64,000 bases of DNA from Tubiluchus corallicola. Taxonomy: Eukaryota > Animalia > Priapulida. The notes beneath the pieces were generated by a model. That model had not been told where the DNA came from and did not search any database. It saw only the letters and a list, made by a program, of their open reading frames with translations. A program made the position numbers and the translations under genes. The stretch spans positions 27,227-91,226 of the forward strand of contig JAQGDQ010000825.1 in assembly GCA_030141605.1 (NCBI GenBank), given 5' to 3'. This document shows positions 41,801 to 53,683 of the stretch, in pieces (the first letter of the stretch is position 1; every line of letters begins with the position of its first letter).

Positions 41801-43961
41801 TTGTTTTGTTGTTGTAATCAACCACTGTTAACCCAATTTGTTCTCAATGTGACATAGTTTGGCTCCGTATAAACTAACACAGAACACTATAATGGACAAA
41901 TCATGGCATCAGGGATTATCAGGTCAAGGTCATTCTTAAGAAGATTGGCTTCTATCTTTGACTCGTACATTATATTGCTTTTTCTAGGAAGCCGACGTTG
42001 ATATTGAATCAAATCTAAAGGAGCCGTTTTTCGAAATGAACAGAATTTTAGAAGCTCTGAAGAATGCAAATCTCCAACCTGCATTAGAGTAGGACTTTTT
42101 ACCAGTCTATTTGACTTATCCTAAGTTATTATTATAAAAATGATTATACTTAAGTGTTTTAATTTCAGTAAAACTGAACTAGTTGAAAAATATTAATCTA
42201 CACAGTTAACAGATGCTCTGTCACGAGTAATGTAATGCTCTAAATGGTTAAAACAGCTTTGAAGTGTTTATGATTTAATTAAGATGTACCATGATCACAG
42301 AGGAACTATTTGGTCAAGTGATCATGTGTCGTAGCTGTAATCCAAATGTCCCTGGTTCAAATCTAAGCTCATTGGGATTTTTCACATTTTTTTTCTTTCA
42401 GTCCAGTTTGTTTTCAAAAAATCAGTAATTGTGAGTTTATTTTATCGTGTCTAGTCGTCCCTAGTACGTCTTCTGGTTGCTCAGGTAATTTCTCAAGGAG
42501 TAATTTTATTATGATGTTGTCGTCAGACTTAATAAGTGTTCGTGTTTGGTGAGGGAGTTTTTGCAAGACATTTAATTCATTGCAGAGTAAATTAACTGCA
42601 GTGATCGTGAATGAATACTGCAGTCATTTCATGACTACTGATTATAGTGACAGAAGTTTTTTGTCATGTCTTTTCTTTCCGAAATACAGTTAATGATCCT
42701 GCCAGTGTTATACTTTCGTATAAGGAACAGTGGTGGCTCGTGTGTAGGCACTGTAGAACTGCAGCACCCCCTATTTTCACTTGATTAGGGTTACCATATT
42801 GTCTGAGTTGAAAAAGAGGAGACGGGTACTTGGCCTTCATTTCATCTGTAAATGCACACATTGGTACTTTCTAATTAACTTTTACCAGTTATGCTCAAAA
42901 CTGCAAAACAGCGAAACTATACAAATTTAAAGAAATTCACATAAAAACAAACAAAATGGCTCCCGGAAGCTGACGTCATTTTAAGTCGTTAGCGAATACG
43001 CCGAGTATCGACAGCGGTGTGAGTCGTGTGACCCATAGTGATGTGCGCATCGCTTACTTTTGTTCAGTAAATATGTACACAAAGCTTTTACAAGGGTTGC
43101 ATTTTGAGATGTTAGCAACATCTTGTATTGAAAATTAACGAGCTTTTCTTTGTCTCGTACTGTCGTACGCCTCTGCAGTTGGCAACATCCGTACATACTT
43201 ACGGATTGAGGCAAAACCCGGACAAACTGCCAGTTTTTTTGAAAATCCGGCCGGACAGAGGCCCAAAAAGAGGACGTGTCCGGGGAAATCCAGATGTATA
43301 TGAACCCTACACTCGATATTATCGATAACATTCAATATAATGAGTCTTTAGTACACGTTCTGTCTTTATACGTGTACATGACATAATCCTTAAGCTTAAT
43401 ATCAGTAGCCTTTCCATAGTTCATAAAAAGATTACAAAAATCCTTGTATGGAACTGTGCGCTTCACATTTCCAGCGAGATGGTGTTTCCGTTGTGCACAT
43501 GTCCAACGTAAGAAGTTGCATACTACGTAGAGAGAGAGCATTATCGCTCGCGCAGTGCTGACCCTGTTGTACAAATGTAAGGCAGTGTTTCTTTTTCACT
43601 AAATTTTTTTTTTATATGCTTGTTTCGTTTTACACAATATTAAAACAATAGCTAAAAATTCTCTGAAGCAGCACCGGTACTAATTTTAACTACAAGCCAC
43701 CACTGATTAGGAGGCTGGCAATATTTTCATGTCATACGTTAATTTTTGCTCGTTAATTTATCTTTTGCTTTGTAGATGGACTCAAAATAACAGAGGGAAG
43801 CTGAAAGAAAAGAACAGCTCTTTAGAATTTAAATTACATCGTCTTCAGTTTATTCTTTTACTACAGTCAGTAAGTGTTAAGCATTCAGATATACTTCAGT
43901 ACGCAAGGAACTTTGAGCCTTTTGCCAGTCAACATGAGAAAGGTGAGTTATTGAATAAATC

Positions 43962-43995
<34 letters not shown>

Positions 43996-44486
43996 TGATA
44001 ATAATAATAATAATAATAATAATGATGATAATCTTTATTTAAAGTCGGCTTTTGGATCAACAATTAACGTTAGTTCAAGGAGCTATTATCACTGACAGGG
44101 TAAAATTTTTAGCTATGTTGGATAGTCCTACCGAAGACAGCAATGCACGGGTTGCAGTAAAGCATAAAAATTTGTAAAAATATTGATGCTAAAGAGACAA
44201 ACTAGAAGTCTATAAGGATCTAGTATTACATGAATGCAGAAAGAGGTTATGCACATGACTAAATCAAGTCTGTGCTGCACATCAAAGCAAAACAATAATA
44301 TGTAACCTCAATGATAAAAAATTTGCAAAGCTCAAAGCACAAGAAAACATTTCATAAATAAATCTTAAAAAATAATCTTGAAATTTTATATCACTTACAT
44401 GCTCACTTTTTGCACACAAAGCTTGTGTTAGCGGTAAAGCAGTAATGCTGTATAAAACTTGTAAAATAAAACTTCCACGATTCCAC

Positions 44487-44519
<33 letters not shown>

Positions 44520-45783
44520 CTTTATTTAAAGTCGGCTTTTGGGTCAACAATTAACATTAGCTCAAAGAGTTATTATCGCCGACTGTAAATAACAACCTAC
44601 AACTACATAACAGAGACTATTATTACCCCAGTTTTACCCTAAATACCTCACGTCGGGCAGGGCAAAGCAGGTACGACCTTTTTAAAGTCTTTGGTGTGAC
44701 CCAGCCGCTGGTTCGAACTCACGACCTCCCAGACGGAAAGCAGACGCATTACCAGTTGACTAAACCGTCTGGTCTGAATTTATTTTGCTTTATTTTGCCA
44801 GAGAACTCGCTATAACTTCGCCTGCAGGTGATGCAAATAATGCAGTTTTTTGCTTTGTTGTTACCAGATATACAACAGCTGATGGGTTGCCTTCTGTACA
44901 TAAATACCGGCATTGAAAGTTCTCCGTATGCTTACCTGTTGGACCCCATTCACTGGGTGGAAATCTGCGATGTGTTTACAAGAGATGCGTGCACACTACT
45001 GGGTTTATCCCTGGAAAGTCCACTCACTGTCAGGTATCACTCATTTGTGATTTTGGTTTATCTTTGCAAAGTCCACTCACTGTCAGGTATCACTTATTTG
45101 TGATTTAGGTTTATCTTTGGAAAGTCCACTCACTGTCAGGTATCACTCATTTGTGATTTTGGTTTATCTCTGGAAAGTCCACTCACTGTCAGGTATCACT
45201 CATTTGCGATTTAGGTTTATCTCTGGAAAGTCCACTCACTGTCAGTTATCACTCATTTGCGATTTAGGTTTATCTCTGGAAAGTCCACTCACTGTCAGTT
45301 ATCACTCATTTGCGATTTAGGTTTATCTCTGGGAAGTCCACTCACTGTCAGGTATCACTCATTTGCGATTTAGGTTTATCTCTGGAAAGTCCACTCACTG
45401 TCAGGTATCACTCATTTGTGATTTTTAAAATTGTAATGCTATCCGCTGTTATAGACATGATATTATACGGAAATCGGTTTTTAATAATTGCAGTTTAATG
45501 GAATGATATTTGATTGCGTTACAAAAACAGCTTCGAAAGTTCTTGTGCTTTCAGGATTTCATGTTTCATTGTTTCAGATTAAAGCAATGTTGGCATTCGT
45601 TGTGTCAATTACCTTTGACATACTTTTTGTTATACCCGTGAAGTTGTCAGTAAAAGCTGCTGCTACTGGCTTTGCGTTATAAGTGAGGACTGTGTAGAAT
45701 GTTCGCGTATTATTGATGATAAGTGTGTTTATACGTAAAATTTTTTGCGAGGTCCTTTGCTAGTCATATATATTAATTCTACT

Positions 45784-45817
<34 letters not shown>

Positions 45818-48800
45818 ATTCGAGGCTACAGCTTCGACGAGGGCACCATTTGCGGCGATCTATACACCAAACGAAAGGTCTCGATCTAGTGTCGTGCCAT
45901 TGGGGGTTTATTTTTCAAATTGGGCCCACCGCGAGGAACTGGTAGGCGAAAAACCTCCAAAAATGGCCATTTTTCGGCCGTTTTTTTTTGCAAAACTTAT
46001 ACGTCTGAGATCTGGAGAACGGGAACGGGCCATGGGTGGTGCTGGCTATGGATAGATAGCCCGTTCACCTGTGGGTGTAGTAGGCATATAATCTTGCATA
46101 TTTTTCACGTTATAAGAGCACACTTTTTCTGTTTTCATTGTTACCAGCTGACAGGTATGAAGCCTCATAACGTATGTTCCTTCATTTGACTTGAAAAGTA
46201 ATTATATCAAAGAAAAACCGTTTTTAACAAAGTCAAAGACAAATTTTCATTCAGCATAAAGCTTTCACAACAGTAACTGCATACTAGCTTTCAGAGGTTT
46301 CCAAAAAACTTTTGGCAAAATAAAGTTTCGATTATATATTAATAATAACAACACACACTGCGTGAGGGACAGTACTTTTTCTATGTAAAGCCAGATACCA
46401 TGTCGCTTGAACTGTGTGCGCACTGTGCTGAGCTGTGAAGCAAACAATACTGCCCTCACATGCTCTGGAGCTTACAAGTATAAATAAGAACTAAAGAAAA
46501 AAGACTTACTGTATTTAATATTATCGATAATTCCACGGTAGTTCCACGGTACCTATACACGAGCCGGCGCTGTACAACTATCTCTTTTAAAATGCATGTC
46601 TATTGAGCTTGGATATTTGCAGTACTTGCCTTCCCCTTTTAAACCTACGTACTTATTTGAAAAGAGAAAAGAATTTGCTCTTTTCGCTGTCAAAAAGCAC
46701 AAATTTTTTTGTCGCAATTCGCTTCTTTTTGTAACTTGTAAATTGGACAAACTTATGATAACTGTACATTTTATCTTGTATTTTCCCTGCAATGCAGCAT
46801 AAATGCCGGATGCAAGGCACTACCTGCTTTACTGAACATCAAAGAGGTGATGAGACAGAGACAGTGTACTGATGTGTGGAGCAACAAGGATGAATTACCA
46901 GTAAGTTTTCCTCTGCATGTCAGGTAAAACAATTTTTTTAAACCGATTGTCCAGCAATGACGTGGTCAGCTGTTTTGATAAGTATGCATGGTTTTGTAAT
47001 TTTGCCATCATCACTTGCAGATGTTATGCCTCTAGTGGCGAGGCTCGTAGCTAAAATTACTGAGGCTGCTACTTCAGAAAATTTTTAGCTATTATTTTAA
47101 TACTGTGTAAAACTTAACAAACATATGTAATTTTAATGTTGTAATTGTAATTTTAAACAACCAAATATACATGAACTTTATAAAATCCCAAACAAAAAAT
47201 ATTGTTTACTTACGATTAGCAGTTCAAGAATACGCAGGTATACGGCTTTTAAGCACGTGACAACTGACAACACACACTGCGTGAGTGACAGTACTTTTTC
47301 TATGTAAAGTGCAGCGTCTTATCTCACCACGTCGCTTGAACTGTGTGCGCACTCTGTTGAGCTGTGAAGCAAACAATACTACCCTCACGTGCTCTGGACC
47401 TTACAAGTATAAATAAGAACTAAAGAAAAACGACTCACTATATTTAATATTATCGATAATATATAGTGAAAATAGGGGGCACTGCTGTTCCACGGTACCT
47501 AGACATGAGTCGCCACTGTATAACTCTCTCTTTTAAAATGCATGTCTATTGAGCTTGGATATTTTGTAAGGACTATATTGTGCTGCACAGCAAGAATAGT
47601 TTCCTCTTATAACTTGAAATAATAGTAGTGCAGAGTCAAACAGTTATTACAGGCTTTTTCTGTTTCGTGTTGTGGAGATCGCTGGCATCAATTAGAATTG
47701 CATAGAACATTGTAGAATGTACCGTTGGAATGACCGCCTTACTGTCTGGAACGTTCTGGAACATTACTTCTGGAAGTTTCTACAGCGCGCTATATAAGGC
47801 AAAGCAGGCCGCCAACACGGGAGCTCACAGGACACACGCAGATCTCGCACGGACACATACTTGTATACTTACATTTTCAGATACACTTAAACATTTTCCA
47901 GATTTTCACGTTTATAGTAATCGTTTCTTGTTACTTCATACTTTTGTGTTGTAGAATTCTCGCTTAATAAACTAGTTTAATTTGACGACGTGTTTTCTGG
48001 TTTTCTCTACGAGCCTTCCGAGAGAAACAAAACATAACAACTCGAAAAGTTTAATCAAGTGTCCCTATATATTTCTGGCTTTGCTTTATTAACTGAACTA
48101 GGTTGTACAGTGGTACACGTGGAGTACAATTAAATTAAAACAGTATTACAGTTAGGATGGCGCGCCATTACAAAAGATTAATGTAAGCGATCTGCATGCA
48201 TACCTATGTCTGCAAGGATTGAGGATCATCGGTTCAGATCCTAGGCTTGCTAATAACTTTTTTTGTATTTTTTTTCACTTATTTTTGCCGCCAATATTCT
48301 AGCACTGCTTAAAAAAATTCCCATTTTTTGTTGTAATAAATTGGAGTTCTTTTACTTTATTCACAGGTGGAAGTTGATCTTGGTCCGGAGTGTCGTTTTC
48401 ATTCGATATTTGCTTGTCCAATTCTACGACAGCAGAGCACGGATCACAATCCGCCCGTCCGGCTGATTTGTGGACACGTGATTTCTCGGGATGCCCTCAA
48501 CAAGCTGGCCAATGGCAATAAGTAAATTTTTTTTGATTACTTAAAGCAATTGTTAAAAAATTGCAAGCGACAATTTTCTTTATTTCTCTCGCAGTCAAAT
48601 ACCTTACCAGATGCTTCTATGAATTAACAATATACACTGTGATAATGATGATGATGTTCGTCCTTCGAATCGAAGATGACCATAGTGACAGGGATAAAAG
48701 GTCAGTTTTGGGGGTTGTCATTCCTTTGATGAGCTGGAAGGTGACTGACTATGCCAATTCTGGCCTGGAAACTTCTTTGGCATTTGGCACAGGTGAGGCT

Positions 48801-50116
48801 GGGTGTTTGGACCTGTTGTTAGGCAGTGTCACATGCCTTGCGTCTCCTGCGCTTCTCCTCTGCCTCCTCAATTCTTTTCGCCTCTGCTGTCTTAGCCCCT
48901 GTGGTGATGGCACTCCGCCATGCTGAGCGATCAATTGTGCAAGGGTTTCCATTGAGCGGATATCCATGCTGAGCTCCTTGCGTGACGCCTTCAGGCCCGT
49001 TTCTTTGGTCGCCCAACCTTTCTCTTTCCAGACACAAGTTCTCCATAGAGCATCTTCTTTGGTATGCTGTGGTCTGGCATGCGAATCACATGTCCTGCCT
49101 CCTGTCCACCGAACTTGTGCTTTGAGGAGGAGTGTATGGATGCTGTCAGGTCTTTTAAGTACCTCTGTGTCTGGCACCTTGTCCTGCCACTTGATGTATG
49201 CACATAGAGCATTGTAGGCTGAAAGAGGTCTCGTTTGTGTGGAGTCAGAGGATACATATCAGAGATGGGCGGATAGCTGATTTGCGGTTGCGGAATCCGC
49301 ACTTTCGGGCCTATTGTGGTTTGTGGTGCGCTGTGACGGGTATGATATGGTCGGGTGATGTACTATGTACATTGTGTGGCGTGAGTTGTTGTTGAGGGTT
49401 TAACAAGAAAAATAGGGGTTTAGCAAGCCTAGTTGTTGCCTACATTTTTGCGGATAATGTGGAAACGCGGATATTCAGTTTTCACCCAATCTGCGGATTT
49501 TGCGGATGCAGATACTCTCAGTTGAGGATTTTTCGGTTGTGGTTAATCGGAAAACTGATATCCGCCCATCTCTGATAAAAATGATATCTGCCCATCTCTG
49601 ATAAAAGTGATATCCGCCAATCTCTGATAAAAGTGATATCTGCCCATCTCTGATAAAAGTGATATCCGCTCATCTCCGATAAAAGTGATATCTGCCCATC
49701 TCTGATAAAAGTGATATCCGCTCATCTCTGATAAAAGTGATATCCGCTCATCTCTGATAAAAGTGATATCCGCCCATCTCTGATAAGAGTGATATCCGCC
49801 CATCTCTGATAAGAGTGATATCCGCCCATCTCTGATAAAAGTGATATCCGCCCATCTCTGATAAAAGTGATATTCGCCCATCTGTAATAAAAGTGATATC
49901 TGCCCATCTCTGATAAAAGTGATATCAGACCATCTCTGATGCGATAAATGAAATTGAATTGAAATTTAAGTGATATTTTATTGGTTGAACACCAGCAATT
50001 GTTGCTATAGTTACACTGTATCATCATCACTGCTTTTTGATTTTTTTTCCAGAGTAAAGTGTCCGTATTGTCCGGTGGAACAAAACCCTGCAGATGCCAA
50101 ACTGGTGTATTTTTGA
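38866..50116 (+). CDS. RMND5A: RMND5/Gid2, RING subunit of the CTLH/GID E3 ligase, 391 aa
   Basis: Exons 38866-39001, 39227-39372, 40299-40436, 41988-42088, 43776-43942, 44868-45033, 46798-46900, 48367-48521 and 50053-50116 (1176 nt, all GT-AG, phases consistent). Motifs: [28 protein letters not shown], Lis[52 protein letters not shown]. Confidence 0.96.
39719..40204. mobile_element. Tc1/pogo (Tigger-like) MITE
   Basis: TA|CAGTCAACCT...AGGTTGACTG|TA, with subterminal repeats. Confidence 0.85.
40540..41645 (-). mobile_element. Second copy of the TTAA-flanked element with a 72-bp tandem array (~40545-41175), in RMND5 intron 3
   Basis: TTAA at both ends, the same body, and the same 72-bp unit gtggtgtgctaaaggaaagaacaagtcactcagtat.ttgggtttattttactgttatcacttaaactgttt. 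Confidence 0.72.
42728..43705. mobile_element. hAT-like non-autonomous element with nested fragments
   Basis: TIR CAGTGGTGGCT...AGCCACCACTG; flanks ataaggaa/attaggag match at 6/8. Confidence 0.7.
44488..44774 (-). mobile_element. tRNA-derived SINE with (TTA)n tail, possibly Meta/MESC-domain type
   Basis: A box (GGTTTAGTCAACTGG) and B box (GAGTTCGAACC) are followed by GGGTCACACCAAAGACTTTAAAAA, then AATAAAG and (ATT)n. A truncated second copy of the 3' end lies at 43963-44095. Confidence 0.75.
45002..45425 (+). repeat. 53-bp tandem repeat x8 made of the RMND5 exon 6 end plus its splice donor
   Basis: Unit ggtttatctctggaaagtccactcactgtcag|gtatcactcatttgtgattt(t/a); the first 32 nt of unit 1 are coding. 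Confidence 0.95.
47668..48039 (+). mobile_element. Solo LTR, copy 1 (RMND5 intron 7)
   Basis: TGTTG...TAACA termini with internal TATATAAG and AATAAA. Homologous to 57582-57932. Flanks tttcg/actcg form a degenerate TSD. Confidence 0.8.
48641..49235 (-). mobile_element. 5'-truncated, frameshifted RTE-clade LINE 3' end in RMND5 intron 8
   Basis: [10 protein letters not shown] / [31 protein letters not shown] are split across frames. A (CAT)n tail is at ~48641-48655. Confidence 0.85.
49260..49940. mobile_element. hAT-like MITE whose right end is amplified as a 26-bp minisatellite (~15 copies, 49557-49940)
   Basis: The left end is CAGAGATGGGCGGATA. The repeat unit gatatccgcccatctctgataaaagt contains its reverse complement. 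Confidence 0.78.
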
Positions 50117-50349
50117 CCCAAGCTATTTAATGATCTTGCAACACTAGCCCGTTTGACGTGACACGTTTTCAAACGAAATTAATAGTAGCAAAACGAAGTT
50201 ATATGGTTATGCCTTGTAGGTTTCGACGCTTCGCCAGAATGGGTCTATTTCGATGGGTGTAAATTTGATAGCCATTTTGATATTTTTTTCTACACTGTGT
50301 CTATTCCTGTATTATTGGAAATCCTCTTTTTTTCTGATTTGACAAGAAA

Positions 50350-50495
50350 GTGTGTGCGTGCGTGCATGTGCGTGCGTGTGTGTGTGTGTGCGTGCGCGCG
50401 TGTGTTTATGTGTACGTGTGTGTGTGTGTTTGTGTGCGTATGTGTTTCTGTGTGTGTGTGCGTGCGCGTGTGTGTTTGTGCGTGTTTGTGTGTGG
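50350..50495. repeat. (GT)/(GCGT) microsatellite in the RMND5 3' region
   Basis: Seen directly. Confidence 0.9.
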
Positions 50496-50637
50496 TGTTT
50501 ATGAAATAAAGCATAATTAACAACATTGCTTGCTGAATACTTAAATCTTTTTTGTAGTTTTGTAGAATTTCTTCAATCAGTTTTTCTCTGCTGTTTAATT
50601 TTGCTTAATTTCTTGGGTAATGTTTGTTTTTGCAGCT

Positions 50638-50952
50638 TAAAGCTACGACTCCATGTGAGCGTAGTGCGTGATCCGTAATGCATTAATGCGTATTCAGACG
50701 ATAGCTATCACGTTCATGTGAATACGTATCACGCATTACATACACATGGAAACACTTTCACGTGTTTAAATATAAACTGTTGGATATGCATTACTGATCA
50801 CGCGTCACGCACGCATGGAAACACTTCTACATGTTAAATATAAACTGTTGTATCACGGATCATGCATTACGTACACATGGAAAGACTTCTACGTGTTTAA
50901 ATACAAAACTGTTGTATCAGGCATTACGCGCACATGGAGTCGTTACCTTTAG
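50638..50952. mobile_element. Small MITE with internal direct repeats, downstream of the RMND5 stop codon
   Basis: AAAGCTACGACTCCATGTG...CACATGGAGTCGTTACCTTT inverted ends. Confidence 0.65.
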
Positions 50953-51069
50953 AATTAGAAAACAATGAAAAAGTGAAACGGTAACTTTCATAATTGTTCT
51001 TATTAAAATTGAAGAAAATATTACAGCAAATAAAAATGAATATTTTATCCTAAAGTGCGTAACTAATAG

Positions 51070-52343
51070 TGCAATCCTTCATCACTTTCTATGTGCTGCA
51101 ATCCTTTATCACTTTCTATGTGCTGCAATCCTTCATCACTTTCTATGTGCTGCAATCCTTTATCACTTCTATGTGCTGCAATCCTTTATCACTTTCTATG
51201 TGCTGCAATCCTTCATCACTTTCTATGTGCTGCAATCCTTCATCACTTTCTATGTGCTGCAATCCTTTATCACTTTCTATGTGCTGCAATCTTTCATCAC
51301 TTTCTATGTGCTGCAATCCTTCATCACTTTCTATGTGCTGCAATCCTTCATCACTTTCTATGTGCTGTAATCCTTCATCACTTTCTATGTGCTGCAATCC
51401 TTCATCACTTTCTATGTGCTGCAATCCTTTATCACTTTCTATGTGCTGCAATCCTTCATCACTTTCTATGTGCTGCAATCCTTTATCACTTTCTATGTGC
51501 TGCAATCCTTCATCACTTTCTATGTGCTGCAATCCTTCATCACTTTCTATGTGCTGCAATCCTTCATCACTTTCTATGTGCTGCAATCCTTCATCACTTT
51601 CTGTGTGCTGCAATCCTTTATCACTTTCTATGTGCTGCAATCTTTCATCACTTTCTATGTGCTGCAATCCTTCATCACTTTCTATGTGCTGCAATCCTTC
51701 ATCACTTTCTATGTGCTGCAATCCTTCATCACTTTCTGTGTGCTGCAATCCTTTATCACTTTCTATGTGCTGCAATCTTTCATCACTTTCTATGTGCTGC
51801 AATCCTTCATCACTTTCTATGTGCTGCAATCCTTCATCACTTTCTATGTGCTGCAATCTTTCATCACTTTCTATGTGCTGCAATCCTTCATCACTTTCTA
51901 TGTGCTGCAATCCTTCATCACTTTCTATGTGCTGCAATCCTTCATCACTTTCTATGTGCTGCAATCCTTCATCACTTTCTGTGTGCTGCAATCCTTTATC
52001 ACTTTCTATGTGCTGCAATCCTTCATCACTTTCTATGTGCTGCAATCTTTCATCACTTTCTATGTGCTGCAATCCTTCATCACTTTCTATGTGCTGCAAT
52101 CCTTCGTCACTTTCTATGTGCTGCAATCCTTCATCACTTTCTATGTGCTGCAATCCTTCATCACTTTCTATGTGCTGCAATCCTTCATCACTTTCTATGT
52201 GCTGCAATCTTTCATCACTTTCTATGTGCTGCAATCCTTCGTCACTTTCTATGTGCTGCAATCCTTCATCACTTTCTATGTGCTGCAATCCTTCATCACT
52301 TTCTATGTGCTGCAATCCTTCATCACTTTCTATGTGCTGCAAT
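51070..52343. repeat. 27-bp minisatellite, ~47 copies, between RMND5 and ARID5
   Basis: Unit tgtgctgcaatccttcatcactttcta. Confidence 0.97.
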
Positions 52344-53299
52344 AGATTTTCTAGTTTGCCATTTTATCACCATTTTTAGTCTATTGTTATTGGCTTAAAT
52401 CAAAATAACTATTAACAGATCAATTAACTGTCGGTTTTTAAATTTTATTAACTTTAAATGCAGAAAATATTCTCCTATCCCAACGGGTATGAAAGGTTAA
52501 ATGATGAATTTTGTCATGGAGATCACTTATGTGTCACTCTTACGTATTCAAATTGGTGTGCTATGTAATGGCACCCTTAATTAAAGCACCTCAAGATCAC
52601 ATAAAGACTGTACAGAAAATATTCTCCAGCAGACTACTAATGTATTCCAACATTCAAACTGTTTGTACACGAGATGTCATATGAATGTCTCTCAGCTCCC
52701 GGACTAAGAATACCAAGGTGGTAAAAAATTAAGAAATGACTTTAAGTTTTAGTTAAGCGTGCCGTGGACGGCTGCAGGGTTCCGAAGGAGTGATCCTAGA
52801 TTTGCTGTGTTACGAAGTTTTGGTGCAACCTTCCTAACTGCAAAACCCTTCGCATAGCAAAATGTAAATTTTCCGTTACGTAAAACTTTTGCGAGATATT
52901 TAATTTTTCAAACTTACACCCACTCGCGAATTTGTAAAGTAAATCGCACTCAAATGCCACTTTAAAGACAAACGGAACTGTTCATCTGTCCATTCAAAAA
53001 GACATGGACTTTTAGCTTGTAAATATTGTCATTTATTTAATGTGCTTAATAAGTTCTGTACATACGGTGATGTATTTCGCTAAGAAAAGTGCTGCAAATT
53101 AAGCGCTTTCATTTTTTTCTGTAATTGCCACAATTTAGCACGTTTTGCTGATATTTAATGTATTATAGAAAAATGCCTTTTCAATAAATTTTGCATTCAG
53201 GCAACTTTAGTCTAGTTCGTTACTAATATAGGTAATATTGTTGAGAAGATTAGTATGTACAACAATAATTACATTTCCTAGGTAAAAATATTTAAAAAC

Positions 53300-53683
53300 T
53301 AGGAGTGAGCATCGAACGCTCGAATTCGATTCGAACGAGTTTTTTTAGTTCGAACTCGATTCGAATCCAAAACTATAGATTCGAATAATTCAGCACTTCA
53401 ATCACACATGTTCTTTATCACTAAAACGATTGAAACATCATGCAATTAGCATAATTTAGCTGTGATTTCTGCGCACAATTTTAAACAAATTACTAGTCGT
53501 TTTATTGCAGAACAAAATCTAGTGATATGCATGATCTTTCTAAGACTAATTCTTACCGGTGGTTCGAAAATCTTTCGATCTCAATTCGAATTCGAAACAC
53601 TGAAGTTCGATTCGATTCGAATTAGAAAGTCACAAATTCGGTTCGATTCGAATTCGCTTTCTGGTAGAGAATGCTCACCCCTA
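53300..53683. mobile_element. hAT-like MITE rich in TCGAA/TTCGA subterminal motifs
   Basis: TAGGAGTGAGCAT...ATGCTCACCCCTA; flanks ttaaaaac/ttaaaaat match an 8-bp TSD at 7/8. Confidence 0.82.

Noticed and set aside
44700-44774. tRNA gene
   Set aside because: A and B boxes are present, but there is no closing acceptor stem and the sequence continues into a SINE body and tail.
45788-46150. Possible Helitron/Helentron fragment next to (TA)n, and a Helitron-like CTAG|T end at ~270-292
   Set aside because: Only a vague resemblance; no second copy or clear termini in this window.
51069-52398. Cys/His-rich ORFs of ~400 aa that look like metal-binding repeat proteins
   Set aside because: A 27-bp tandem repeat open in several frames on both strands, with no unique flanking coding sequence or splice context.
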